Origin: Candidatus Altiarchaeales archaeon
GTDB lineage: Archaea; Altiarchaeota; Altiarchaeia; IMC4; SCGC-AAA252-I15
NCBI GenBank assembly: GCA_014727915.1
Contig: WJMO01000006.1
Span: 416,001 to 480,000 of the forward strand
Direction: 5' to 3'
Length of the DNA: 64,000 nt
Shown: one piece after another, positions 38,360 through 47,865 of the stretch
Layout: each line of letters starts with the position of its first letter
How positions within the stretch are numbered: position 1 is the stretch's first letter
Program-made: the position numbers and the translations under genes
Notes under the pieces: generated by a model
Told to the model about the DNA's origin: nothing
Seen by the model: only the letters and a program-made list of their open reading frames with translations
Database searches by the model: none

Positions 38360-39110
38360 CCTGAGGAAGACCGTTCCAGAGAACGCGACAGAACACTACA
38401 GCAGGTCCAAGAAGTACAAGAGGAAGCTACCAGGTATGGAGAAGGCCATAGCCGACACCAAAAAGAAACTGGAGAACGTGGTCGAAGACGCGCCGGAAGA
38501 GCCCAGGATGAGGAGGAAGGTAGAGCGCAGGTGGTATGAGAAGTTCCGGTGGTTCAGGAGCAGCGACGGCCTCCTCGTGCTAGGAGGGAGGGATGCGACC
38601 ACCAACGACATACTCGTGAAAAAGCACCTTGAAGCAAACGACTTGGTCTTCCACGCCAACGTCCAGGGCGCGCCCTTCATCGTCGTCAAGAACGAGAGGG
38701 GAGGCGAAGTGCCTGAGAGGACGATAACAGAGGCTGCGACCGCTGCCGCATCCTACAGCAAGGCCTGGAGCCGGGGGATGGGCAGCTGCGACGTCTACCA
38801 GGTGAACCCCGACCAGGTGAGCAAAACACCTCCAAGCGGCGAATACCTCCCCAAGGGGGCTTTCATGATATACGGGGAGAAGACCTGGCACAAGAACACA
38901 CCCCTGGAAGTGGCGGTAGGACTATTGGATGATAATGTCATCGGAGGGCCGGCGGAGGCCGTGAAATCCCGGACAGACAACTATGTAACCGTCGGCGTTG
39001 GTGATGTTAAGCAGGGAGCCCTCGCCAAACAAGTCCGCAGCAGGCTCGGAGGCGGAGACTTGGAAGAGATACAACGGCACCTGCCCGGAGGAAGCGGAAA
39101 AATAAAATGA
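38343..39110 (+). CDS. Short NFACT-R (Rqc2/NEMF-like) RNA-binding protein
   Basis: ENA..Y..SKK, WYEKFRWF, GGRDATTND..VKK, FHANVQGAP, YSKAW, SGEYLPKGAFMIYG; lacks the NFACT-N/HhH part. Confidence 0.9.
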   Translation: MKIEFDLRKTVPENATEHYSRSKKYKRKLPGMEKAIADTKKKLENVVEDAPEEPRMRRKVERRWYEKFRWFRSSDGLLVLGGRDATTNDILVKKHLEANDLVFHANVQGAPFIVVKNERGGEVPERTITEAATAAASYSKAWSRGMGSCDVYQVNPDQVSKTPPSGEYLPKGAFMIYGEKTWHKNTPLEVAVGLLDDNVIGGPAEAVKSRTDNYVTVGVGDVKQGALAKQVRSRLGGGDLEEIQRHLPGGSGKIK

Positions 39111-39313
39111 ACCCTGTTTTGCTGATAATAGGATTCATGCTTGTTGTTGCTGGCAGCGGGAATTTTCTGATAAAGAAACATTTCCTTGACAAGATGGAGT
39201 CAACGCCCATTCCAATATTCAAAGGAGATTTAGCAGGCAGAATACACACGATAGGTTCCATAATGATCATATCGGTTGGATTATCATTTATTGCTCTTGG
39301 AGTAGTCAGTTAG
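39107..39313 (+). CDS. Small two-TM hypothetical protein
   Basis: ATGA overlap with the upstream stop; two hydrophobic helices; AT-richer sequence. Confidence 0.5.
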   Translation: MNPVLLIIGFMLVVAGSGNFLIKKHFLDKMESTPIPIFKGDLAGRIHTIGSIMIISVGLSFIALGVVS

Positions 39314-40344
39314 GTCTGTTTTGCTAGTCTCGTCTTCCGGGGTTTGAATATCAGGTACGCTATCAGAAGCACTGCAGCTGCTGCCAGGGCAGCCAACCTT
39401 ATGCCCCTGGTTTCCAGCAGGAGCTGATATGCTAGCAGAGATGATGTTACAGGTATCGTCTTGGCTATGCCCTTTATCTCCGATAGCTTGATTGCGACGA
39501 AGGCGAGTGGTATTGCTATTAGGAGGAGCGAAGTGGACAGTAACAGCACTATTACCGTGAACTTCAACGCTATTGCAACATATGATGCGAGCTGGCCTTG
39601 AACCTGTTCGACTGGGAAGTAACCCTGGGATGTGAACACCAGCGCCGCCAGGAACGCAAGGAAGAACACCGCACTGAACAGGTTCTTAGAGAGTGAGCCA
39701 AATGATCCTCTGAAGTCAACGCTGCTGGGGGCGGCCCCAACTGCAAAGCAGAACTGCAGATAGATGAATAGGAACACAACAGGCTGGGTGAAATCCAACC
39801 GTGAAGCAGAGTCAACCATCAATGAGATGATGGAGGATGATAGGGCAAGTGCATCGCCAGAATTCCCTATGGGATCTGGATTCACCAGGTCCAAGAGCGT
39901 GCCGCCGTTCAGGAGGTTGAAGAGGAAGAGCATCAGCCCGCAGCCGAAGAAGGGAGCGAAACCCACAATGAACTCCCGGAAAACGATCCACTTGTCCCGG
40001 CGCTGGGTGTATGATACGAACCCGACGACGCCGGTGCGTGGGTTGGGCTTGAACAACGACACCTTCGTCACGGTGCAGCCGGTGATAAGCGCTGCGAACA
40101 AGTGACATAGCTCGTGCAGGATGGTCCCAGGGGCTATTAGCAGTGTGAACCACCGGGTCCTATACCCCACTTTGGACACGAGAATATCCTCCAATACGTC
40201 GCTCAAGGTCACCTGTACCGCGAATAAAGCCGGGATGGCGGATATGAGATAACGGTAGGTGAAAGCTTCCAGCAGGTGCCATAGGACGGCGGAAAACACG
40301 GCCAAAAGCAATATTGTTGGTAGTCTGCCCTTGAAGAAAGCCAT
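39310..40344 (-). CDS. Membrane metalloprotease-like protein (M50B-like, HExxH)
   Basis: APGTILHELCH, G.VSY, IVGFAPFF, APS..D; multiple TM helices. Confidence 0.75.
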   Translation of the reverse strand: MAFFKGRLPTILLLAVFSAVLWHLLEAFTYRYLISAIPALFAVQVTLSDVLEDILVSKVGYRTRWFTLLIAPGTILHELCHLFAALITGCTVTKVSLFKPNPRTGVVGFVSYTQRRDKWIVFREFIVGFAPFFGCGLMLFLFNLLNGGTLLDLVNPDPIGNSGDALALSSSIISLMVDSASRLDFTQPVVFLFIYLQFCFAVGAAPSSVDFRGSFGSLSKNLFSAVFFLAFLAALVFTSQGYFPVEQVQGQLASYVAIALKFTVIVLLLSTSLLLIAIPLAFVAIKLSEIKGIAKTIPVTSSLLAYQLLLETRGIRLAALAAAAVLLIAYLIFKPRKTRLAKQT

Positions 40345-40385
40345 ATCGTATATAACATTCCCTGGCATATAATAAACCTGTAATT

Positions 40386-41465
40386 ATGGAATTAGAGGAC
40401 CAGATACGCGAGATAGAAGAGGAAATAGCCAACACCAAATACAACAAGGCCACACAGCACCACATAGGGAAGCTGAAAGCCAAGCTCGCCCAGCTGAAGG
40501 AGAAGGTCGAAACACGCAAGAAGAGCAAGGGAAAAGGCCTTGGATTCGGGGTCCGGAAGACAGGTCACGCGACCGTCGTGTTCGTGGGGCTGCCGTCGGT
40601 GGGAAAGTCCACCCTCTTGAACAGGCTCACCAACGCCCAGAGCAGGGTGGGGGCCTACGAGTTCACCACATTGGAGGTGATACCCGGGATGATGAGCTAC
40701 GAGGGCGTGAACATCCAATTGCTCGACCTGCCGGGGCTGATAACCGGAGCCGCAGGCGGGAAAGGACGGGGTCGTGAGGTTCTTTCGATGGTTAGGAACG
40801 CGGACCTGTGCCTGATAGTGTTGGACGTGAACCGGATAGCGTCCGGGGAGGAGATAAAGAACGAGCTCGAGGACATAGGAGTCAGGCTGGACAAGGAAGA
40901 ACCCGACATAACCCTCAAGAGGAGAGACCGGGGAGGCATCAAGATAACCAAGACCCGGAAGGTCAGGAGATTGGACGAGCAGACAATAAAATCCATACTC
41001 GGCGTCCATGGAATACACAACGCTGACGTGCTCATCAGGGAGGACATAAACGAAGACCAACTGAACGACGCAATACTGGGGAACAGGGTATATGTTCCAT
41101 CCATAGTGGTGGTCAACAAGATAGACACCAAACCAGGCGCCCGGCTGCCCAGAGGATACCTGCCCATATCAGCCGAGGACGGGAGCAACCTGGAGGAGCT
41201 TAAGGACCTCATGTTCAAAAAACTGGACTTCATAAGGGTTTACATGAAGCCGCAGGGGGGTAAGGCAGACTACAAGGAGCCGATGATACTCAAGAAGGGG
41301 GCCACAGTTAAGGATTTATGCGAGAAAATGCATAAGGATTTCGTGGAGAAGTTCAGGTACGCGATCGTCTCGGGGGATAGCGTGAAACACGACGAGCAAC
41401 GGTGCGGGATAACCCATGTACTTAAAGACAGAGACACAGTAACAATAATCAAGGAGCTACAATGA
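40386..41465 (+). CDS. DRG/OBG family GTPase with TGS domain
   Basis: YNKATQHHIG.LKAKLA, GLPSVGKST, YEFTT, DLPG, NKID, C-terminal TGS. Confidence 0.94.
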   Translation: MELEDQIREIEEEIANTKYNKATQHHIGKLKAKLAQLKEKVETRKKSKGKGLGFGVRKTGHATVVFVGLPSVGKSTLLNRLTNAQSRVGAYEFTTLEVIPGMMSYEGVNIQLLDLPGLITGAAGGKGRGREVLSMVRNADLCLIVLDVNRIASGEEIKNELEDIGVRLDKEEPDITLKRRDRGGIKITKTRKVRRLDEQTIKSILGVHGIHNADVLIREDINEDQLNDAILGNRVYVPSIVVVNKIDTKPGARLPRGYLPISAEDGSNLEELKDLMFKKLDFIRVYMKPQGGKADYKEPMILKKGATVKDLCEKMHKDFVEKFRYAIVSGDSVKHDEQRCGITHVLKDRDTVTIIKELQ

Positions 41466-42109
41466 GGTGGATACTGGCTTTGGCGGGTATGATGCTCTTA
41501 AGCGGGTGCATATGCTGCGGAGGACTGGGAGGGGGAGACACGGTAGAATGCGACCCACCCTACATGGAATACGGGACAGGATGCTGCCTGGACGCCAACG
41601 GTAACAGCGTCTGCGACGGGGACGAGACCGTGGACACCACAGTGCCGTCGCCGCCTACACTGCCGCCGGAGACCCTTCCGCCATCTACGAACCCTCCCCA
41701 GACGACCATAGCCACCACATCATCAACACAGCCTACGGAGTTGACCGTGCCGCTCGCCACAATGCCCCCTAGCACCCTGAAGGCCACATACAACTGCGTC
41801 AAGAACGCGGGATACAACCCAGACCACTTCTTCTTCCTATACAGCAGGGGATGCGGGAGCAAATACACCGACGAGGCGAGGACCGCTTCATACCAGAAGG
41901 GCGTCGATGTGACGCTGGTGGACATTGGCATGCTGGAGCCTGAGGAGATACAGATGATGGAATGCTTCTACGGGACATACACGGAAGGCAACCCAACATT
42001 CGGGGAATGCCCGAAGCTCCTTTGCCCAAAGACGGGAGCGGTGGAAGTCGTCACAGGAAGGCCCGCAGTCCTAACCCAGATGAGGGGTTTCGCAGTCAAG
42101 TGCAGCTAG
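41462..42109 (+). CDS. Lipoprotein-like surface protein with Cys-rich module, P/T linker and thioredoxin-like C-terminal domain
   Basis: LLSGCICCGG; CDPPYMEYGTGCCLDANGNSVCDGDE; PPT repeats; FLYSRGCG...CPKLLC. Confidence 0.72.
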   Translation: MRWILALAGMMLLSGCICCGGLGGGDTVECDPPYMEYGTGCCLDANGNSVCDGDETVDTTVPSPPTLPPETLPPSTNPPQTTIATTSSTQPTELTVPLATMPPSTLKATYNCVKNAGYNPDHFFFLYSRGCGSKYTDEARTASYQKGVDVTLVDIGMLEPEEIQMMECFYGTYTEGNPTFGECPKLLCPKTGAVEVVTGRPAVLTQMRGFAVKCS

Positions 42110-42112
42110 AAG

Positions 42113-43285
42113 ATGCCCGTCGAAGAACTAGTCCTGGGAGACAAGACCGTATACATTGTAGGCACCGCCCACGTCAGCGACGAGAGCGTGAAATCGGTTG
42201 AAGAATCCATAAGAAAATACAGGCCGGACGCTGTGGCGGTGGAACTGTGCGAGCAGAGATACCAGGCACTGAAGGAAGAGCGCAAATGGGACGAGACAGA
42301 GATCACCGAGGTCCTGTCCTCCGGGAGGGTGTACCTGTTCCTGATGCAGCTGCTGCTGTCCAACTTCCAGCGGAAGATAGGGGAGGAAGTCGGGGTTAAA
42401 CCGGGAGCTGAGATGATGAAGGCCGTGGAAGTAGCAGAAGAGGAGGACATCAAAGTCGTGCTGGCCGACCGGGACGTGCGAGTGACGCTGAAGCGGGCCA
42501 TGGACCTCATGTCAGCGAAGGAGAAGATAAGGCTTCTCTACGGCATAGTCGGAGGCTTCATAGAGGGTGAGGAGATAAACGAGGAGCTCATAGAGAAGAT
42601 GAAGGAGAAGGACGTCCTCACCGAGCTCATGGAAGAGCTCGCAGTGGAAACACCCTCCATAAAGAGGGTCCTGGTGGATGAGAGGGACCAGCACATCGCC
42701 CACAGGATATACTCGGCTGAAGGGAGGAGGATAGTGGCCGTGATAGGAGCGGGACACATGGAAGGCGTGAAAAGATGGCTTAACAGATTCAACGAGACGG
42801 GAGGCGTCGTAACATACACGCACAGCATGGAAGGGGTCGAGATAGGCGGGGTGAGCAGGAAGAAGATAAACCTGATAGCATACGGGGTCCCCGCAGCCTT
42901 CATAATACTCATCATATGGGGTTACATACAACACGGGAGCGCCATGACCCTGGACATGATATTCAGGTGGTTCCTCATAAACGGGACACTGTCCGCCCTC
43001 GGAGCGGCGCTGGCGCTGGCACACCCTCTGACTGTGGTGTCAGCCTTCCTGGCAGCACCCTTCACATCCCTGAACCCTGCGATGGCAGCAGGGTGGGTGG
43101 CAGGATACGTGGAGCTGAAGATGAGAAAGCCCAGGGTAGTCGACTTCAAACAGCTTGTCAAGCTGGACACGAGAGAATACTGGAAGAACAGGGTCACAAG
43201 GGTGGTTTTGATAGTTGTGTTCGCGAACATAGGCAGCACCATAGGGACGTTCATAGCACTGCCCTATTTGGCCAGCCTATTATAA
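42113..43285 (+). CDS. TraB/GumN family protein (pheromone-shutdown-like) with C-terminal TM domain
   Basis: VGTAHVS, VAVELC..R, PGAEM, LADRD, ERD, VIGAGH..G, APFTSLNP. Confidence 0.92.
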   Translation: MPVEELVLGDKTVYIVGTAHVSDESVKSVEESIRKYRPDAVAVELCEQRYQALKEERKWDETEITEVLSSGRVYLFLMQLLLSNFQRKIGEEVGVKPGAEMMKAVEVAEEEDIKVVLADRDVRVTLKRAMDLMSAKEKIRLLYGIVGGFIEGEEINEELIEKMKEKDVLTELMEELAVETPSIKRVLVDERDQHIAHRIYSAEGRRIVAVIGAGHMEGVKRWLNRFNETGGVVTYTHSMEGVEIGGVSRKKINLIAYGVPAAFIILIIWGYIQHGSAMTLDMIFRWFLINGTLSALGAALALAHPLTVVSAFLAAPFTSLNPAMAAGWVAGYVELKMRKPRVVDFKQLVKLDTREYWKNRVTRVVLIVVFANIGSTIGTFIALPYLASLL

Positions 43286-43308
43286 ACCACTTTGGAGAAT
43301 ATTATACG

Positions 43309-44136
43309 ATGAGCGATTTCGGACTGATAGGCCATCCCGTCGAGCACAGCATGAGCAAGGTGATGCACGAGGCAGCCTTCGAAGAGATGGGATTGGAATA
43401 CGTATACGGGCTTTTCGACGTTGAGGAAGCAGAACTCGAGCTTTTCATGGAACACGCCAAATTCAGGGGTTTGAACGTGACCATACCGTTGAAGACGGCC
43501 GTCATCGAACACCTGGACGAAGTCAGCCCGGAAGCTGACTTCATAGGTTCGGTAAACACCGTGGAGTTCTCCGGGAACAGGAAGATAGGCCATAACACTG
43601 ACGTCCTGGGTTTCATGAAATGCCTGGAGGAGGCGGAGGTCGAGTTGGAGGAAAGCACGTTCCTAGTGCTGGGCAGCGGCGGAGCGGGAAGGGGGATCGT
43701 TTTCAAGCTGGCGATGGAAAAGCACAGGGTCTACAACTTCGACGTGGACGAGATGAAATGCGCCCGGCTGGCCGAGGACGTGATGGAGAAGGTTGGGGTG
43801 AGGGTGGAACCAGTGAAGGTGGATGGGATAAAGGACACGATAAAGAACGTTGACGTGCTAGTCAACGCAACACCAGTAGGCATGCACCCCAAGATAGACC
43901 GGATGCCCGTGCCACCCGACATCCTGCACCCAGCACTGACGGTCGTGGACATAGTATACAACCCGTTGGAGACCAAGCTGCTGAGATACGCGAGGCAACG
44001 CTGCGAGAAAGCAGTTAACGGCGTTGGTATGCTGGTACACCAGGGGGCTGAATCCCTCAGGATATGGCTTGGACAGGGCCCACCCGTCGAAGTCATGAGA
44101 AAAGCCGTCTTAGAGAGGCTAGAAAGTCAGGGTTGA
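43309..44136 (+). CDS. aroE: Shikimate dehydrogenase
   Basis: GHPVEHSMS..MH, GLNVTIPLK, SVNT, GHNTD, GSGGAGR, NATPVGM, DIVYNP, MLVHQGA; start reassigned to ATG 43309. Confidence 0.95.
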   Translation: MSDFGLIGHPVEHSMSKVMHEAAFEEMGLEYVYGLFDVEEAELELFMEHAKFRGLNVTIPLKTAVIEHLDEVSPEADFIGSVNTVEFSGNRKIGHNTDVLGFMKCLEEAEVELEESTFLVLGSGGAGRGIVFKLAMEKHRVYNFDVDEMKCARLAEDVMEKVGVRVEPVKVDGIKDTIKNVDVLVNATPVGMHPKIDRMPVPPDILHPALTVVDIVYNPLETKLLRYARQRCEKAVNGVGMLVHQGAESLRIWLGQGPPVEVMRKAVLERLESQG

Positions 44137-45016
44137 GCGCCTCCTCGAACAGCTTCCTCCTGCAGGATAGGTATTCCCCATATGATCTGTTGAAGTCCTC
44201 TATTCTGCCGTCCAGGTCACCCCGTAGGTACGAGTCCACGAAGGCTATCGACTTACTGTGCAATTCCATCTCCAAATCCTTCAGCTCCTCGCTTCCGTAT
44301 AGAAGGAAGAGCCTGTCGGAAACGCGCTTGAGCTCCGGTAGGGACATGCCAGAAAGCTGGGATTCATCCAGGTAACCCAGGTATTTGGTCAGCTGGAGGG
44401 AGACCGCCATCGAGCACATGAAATCCGAACAGCAGATAGGGCGTATGCCCTTAAGATACAACGAGCACCGGTCCCCGTCCAGGAAGGCGCATGCGACGGA
44501 CCTGCGGGTTATCCAAAGCCTTGTGCCATCCCACCTAAGCGGCAGGTTATAGAATTTCTCTGAGGATATCTCAGGCCCTGTGGCACGCACCTCGTAGAAT
44601 TTCTCCACACCATCCCGTTCGAACACGAATAGTTCCCGGGGAAGGGCCCTCATCAGCTTGTCGGGAAGGCCCTTGAACCGGCGCTCTGCAATATAGTTTT
44701 TGAAGTCCCGGCCTGAAGACTTCAGGAGGCGCTCTATACCGGATATGGAAGGCAAGTCCATCTGGACCGTTATCTCATTTGGGGGGAAGTGACAGCATAG
44801 GGCACCACAGCGTATGGTGCAAGACGTGTTCTGCGCGGCGTCTATCAGCTTGGCAAGCCGCATGTACATGTTCATCAGCACATCGAATGCAGTGTAGGAT
44901 TCGCTGGTGTTCCTAGGCTTGGAGGCTATCCTGTGCATGTTCAGGTCCAGGTACCTTAGCCTAGCGGCCTGCAGCTCAACCCACTCGCTCACCCCAGCCT
45001 CTTTCTCACCTTCCAA
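44093..45016 (-). CDS. YkgJ-family cysteine cluster protein
   Basis: CTIRCGALCC ... CAFLDGDRCSLY...RPICCSDFMC. Confidence 0.75.
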   Translation of the reverse strand: MEGEKEAGVSEWVELQAARLRYLDLNMHRIASKPRNTSESYTAFDVLMNMYMRLAKLIDAAQNTSCTIRCGALCCHFPPNEITVQMDLPSISGIERLLKSSGRDFKNYIAERRFKGLPDKLMRALPRELFVFERDGVEKFYEVRATGPEISSEKFYNLPLRWDGTRLWITRRSVACAFLDGDRCSLYLKGIRPICCSDFMCSMAVSLQLTKYLGYLDESQLSGMSLPELKRVSDRLFLLYGSEELKDLEMELHSKSIAFVDSYLRGDLDGRIEDFNRSYGEYLSCRRKLFEEALNPDFLASLRRLFS

Positions 45017-46062
45017 TTTACCCTATCCCCCGCCTCCTTGAACGATATGCCATGGGCTTCAGCCACCCTCTTAAGATCGTCATATTCCGGCTTGAAACCA
45101 TTGGGTGTGAACTTCACAGTAACCTCCTCATATCCGCGGCCGAACCTCAACTTGAAGGTCCTTGAAGACCTTGGAAGCTCATACCTGTACTCCAGGGGGT
45201 GCACGCGAACTCCCAAGGAGCCTGTCTCTGACATGATCTTAGAGGCGTGTTCCCCTGGACGGTCTGACAGCACCCTCACAAGGAATCCTATCCTGCCCTT
45301 CTTCATCACGCAAGGTATCGTATGAACGTCCAAGGCACCGGCTTTCATCAGTGAGGACATGGAGTAGGAGATCTGCTCGGGGGTGCAGTCGTCTATGTTG
45401 GACTCCAGTATCACCAGTTCCCTGCTCTCAGCAACTCCAAGAACGTTAGGCCGTTTCAACCGCATCGAACCAGCGCCAAACCCCGACGGGGAGCAATCCA
45501 TGTCCCTGTAGTCGGGGTTCAAGGCTGCCAGTATGGCGGCTCCCGTAGGGGTGACCAATTCACGGTCGGAGACATGGCGGACAGGTATGCCATATTCGGA
45601 TATTATCCCCATTGTCGCAGGGGCGTTGAAGCCGCAGGAAACAATCGAAGAGGTGAAGTCCATGTCAATCCATCCCAGGTCGTCCAACGCGACGGCAGCT
45701 GCAACGGAGTCCACGACGCAGTCAACTGCCTCGTGCAGGTGAACCCTTCGGAGCGTTATACCATGGGCTCTGGACTCCGCCTCCCCCAACACCTTAAGGA
45801 CCCGGAGGGCGAACCTGCGAACGCGTGGTTTCAGCTTCAAACTCCTGACCGTCCTCGCCAGGTCATAGTACCTCCGGGAATCTGGCTCGAATTGAACGTG
45901 AAATTTGACCGCTTTAACTCCAGCGCGGGAGACATTTGAGGCTGAAGTCTTTGCAACGCCCTTCAACGCCTTCCCTATCCTAGCGTGATCTGCGCCGGCG
46001 TCGATCAACGCGCCCACGAACATGTCGCCGGCGATGCCAGACCCGCAGTCCAAGTAGATCAT
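44989..46062 (-). CDS. larC: Nickel insertase LarC family
   Basis: YLDCGSGIAGDMFVGAL, AE..AHG....VHLHE, APAT, ELVTPTGAA, ESNIDD, GALDV, MKKGR, ETGSLGVR, KPEYDD. Confidence 0.9.
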   Translation of the reverse strand: MIYLDCGSGIAGDMFVGALIDAGADHARIGKALKGVAKTSASNVSRAGVKAVKFHVQFEPDSRRYYDLARTVRSLKLKPRVRRFALRVLKVLGEAESRAHGITLRRVHLHEAVDCVVDSVAAAVALDDLGWIDMDFTSSIVSCGFNAPATMGIISEYGIPVRHVSDRELVTPTGAAILAALNPDYRDMDCSPSGFGAGSMRLKRPNVLGVAESRELVILESNIDDCTPEQISYSMSSLMKAGALDVHTIPCVMKKGRIGFLVRVLSDRPGEHASKIMSETGSLGVRVHPLEYRYELPRSSRTFKLRFGRGYEEVTVKFTPNGFKPEYDDLKRVAEAHGISFKEAGDRVNWKVRKRLG

Positions 46063-46529
46063 CTTTCCTCGTCAAGGAGCATCATGCCCAGGCGCCTGAA
46101 CCGTATGTCATCGCCCGCAGACTCTATTATGCGGCCGTACTCCTCCCAAGCCTGGTCGAATCGGCCGGTGAAATAGTACAATAACGCCAGGTTATGGCGG
46201 GCCTCGTGGAATTCAGGATCCAGCTTAATCGCATATTTGAACGCCCTCTCAGCCTTATCAACCCGTTTCTCGTCCTCGATCAACTCTGGGGGGTTAGTGT
46301 AGAGGACGCCGATGTTATAGTGTGTGAGGGGGTTTTCGTAGTCGTAGAGGAGGGACAGCTTAAGCAGGGACTCCGTGAGGTCTGGGTACCCCTTCAGGTA
46401 GTTCAGGGTGCCGGCGAACTCCGTTAGCTTGGAGGCGAGCTGCTTCTTGTCCTCCACCGATTCCATGGCCTTCAAGGCCTCCTCGAACCTCAAACCCTTC
46501 AACAGGCCTACAACATCGTCTGAATTCAT
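46059..46529 (-). CDS. TPR-repeat protein
   Basis: HYNIGVLY, AERAFKYAIKLDPEFHEARHNLALLY...GRFDQA. Confidence 0.85.
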   Translation of the reverse strand: MNSDDVVGLLKGLRFEEALKAMESVEDKKQLASKLTEFAGTLNYLKGYPDLTESLLKLSLLYDYENPLTHYNIGVLYTNPPELIEDEKRVDKAERAFKYAIKLDPEFHEARHNLALLYYFTGRFDQAWEEYGRIIESAGDDIRFRRLGMMLLDEER

Positions 46530-47173
46530 CTTATTATCTGGTATGCAAGTACGGCAGCGCCGTATCCGTTGTCTATGTTAACCACTGCGACGGGAGTGCA
46601 TGAGGTCAGCATCGCGTTCAACGCCACCCTACCACCCCTTCCGACGCCGTAGCCGACAGACGTGGGAACACCTATTACCGGGACGTCAACCAGGCCAGAC
46701 ACCACTGAGGGGAGGGCTCCCTCCATCCCGGCGACCACTATCAGGACCTGTGCTTCCGTCATCTTCTCAAGGGCTGGGTATACCCGGTGAACGCCGGCTA
46801 CGCCCACATCATATGCGGTTATTGATTCGCATCCAAGCTCCTCGAGTATTGTCCTCGCCTCCTCTGCGACGCCTATGTCGGATGTGCCAGCGGTTATTAT
46901 CCCCGCCTTGCCCCTGGCCTCTACCTTGAATCCTCTTTTCTTCAAGACCAGTACGCCGGAGTCCTCGTTGTATTCGGAGTCACGGTCGGTGAACCTCTCT
47001 AGCAGGGGCTTCGCCTTTTCCGGGTTGACCTTGGTCACTATGACCCTGCCTGCCCTCTCGAGGAAAGTCTCGGCTATGCTCAATAGCTGTTCCTTTGACT
47101 TTCCCTGCCCGTAGACTATCTCAGGTATTCCGCAGCGTTCCATCCGTTCGAAGTCAGGCTCCACTATTTTCAT
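46526..47173 (-). CDS. larB: Nickel-pincer cofactor biosynthesis protein LarB
   Basis: D..R..RCGIPEIVYG.GK, AGTSD..VAEEA, DVGVAGVHR, AGMEGALPSVV, VPTSVGYG, VVNIDNGYGAA. Confidence 0.94.
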   Translation of the reverse strand: MKIVEPDFERMERCGIPEIVYGQGKSKEQLLSIAETFLERAGRVIVTKVNPEKAKPLLERFTDRDSEYNEDSGVLVLKKRGFKVEARGKAGIITAGTSDIGVAEEARTILEELGCESITAYDVGVAGVHRVYPALEKMTEAQVLIVVAGMEGALPSVVSGLVDVPVIGVPTSVGYGVGRGGRVALNAMLTSCTPVAVVNIDNGYGAAVLAYQIIR

Positions 47174-47838
47174 TTCCAGAGGATCTCCTTGAGAGCTTTC
47201 ATCTCATCCAATGTGTACTGTCCGGGAGCGGTTCTCTTCTCATGGGACACCGCAGCGAACGTAATGAATCCTCCCAGCAGGGGACCTACAACGCGGGTCA
47301 GACCTCCGAGCTCCCCCATGCTGAGCGCTATCACAGGTATCTTCAGCCCGGAGGAAGCCTGCGCCCGGAGGACTTCCACGACGTCGGCTCTGGTCTCGGG
47401 CTTGAAAGCCACCTTAGCTATGTCAGCGCCCGCGGACTCCTCCTCCTTCAAAAGGGCTATTATCTCGTCTGAGGGGGGTGTCTTCTCGAAGTCGTGGAAT
47501 GCGATGACCACCTTGACTCCGGCAGACTTCACCTCCTCTATTAGCTGGTTGCGCAGCTTCTCCTCCGCTCTCAACTCCACCGTCACATAGTCAGCGTGCT
47601 CCAGTGAAGCCCTGAGAAGGCCAAAGCGGTCCTCTTCAGAGCCCTTGAACCTCCCCCCCTCCCAAGCGGGCATGCAAGTAACCATGAGGGGCTGCTTGAG
47701 GTTGGAGAGCATTCTTAGGTCGGGGCTTCCGCTGAGGAAGTCCAATCTAGCCTCCACCAGGTCGCATTCCAGGCCCTCCGCTGATTTAACCTGAGAATCC
47801 AAAGATTCATCCATCAACGGCACGCATATCAAAGACAT
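47170..47838 (-). CDS. aroD: 3-dehydroquinate dehydratase type I
   Basis: ICVP, DLVEARLD, EGG.F, HDFEKTP, ADIAKVA, SMGELG..TR, TAPGQ; start reassigned to ATG 47838. Confidence 0.92.
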   Translation of the reverse strand: MSLICVPLMDESLDSQVKSAEGLECDLVEARLDFLSGSPDLRMLSNLKQPLMVTCMPAWEGGRFKGSEEDRFGLLRASLEHADYVTVELRAEEKLRNQLIEEVKSAGVKVVIAFHDFEKTPPSDEIIALLKEEESAGADIAKVAFKPETRADVVEVLRAQASSGLKIPVIALSMGELGGLTRVVGPLLGGFITFAAVSHEKRTAPGQYTLDEMKALKEILWK

Positions 47839-47865
47839 AAAAGATAGAAGGGAGTACAATATTAA

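Noticed and set aside
42916-43308. 131-aa N-terminal extension on AroE
   Set aside because: It overlaps the TraB gene in another frame; AroE motifs start at ATG 43309.
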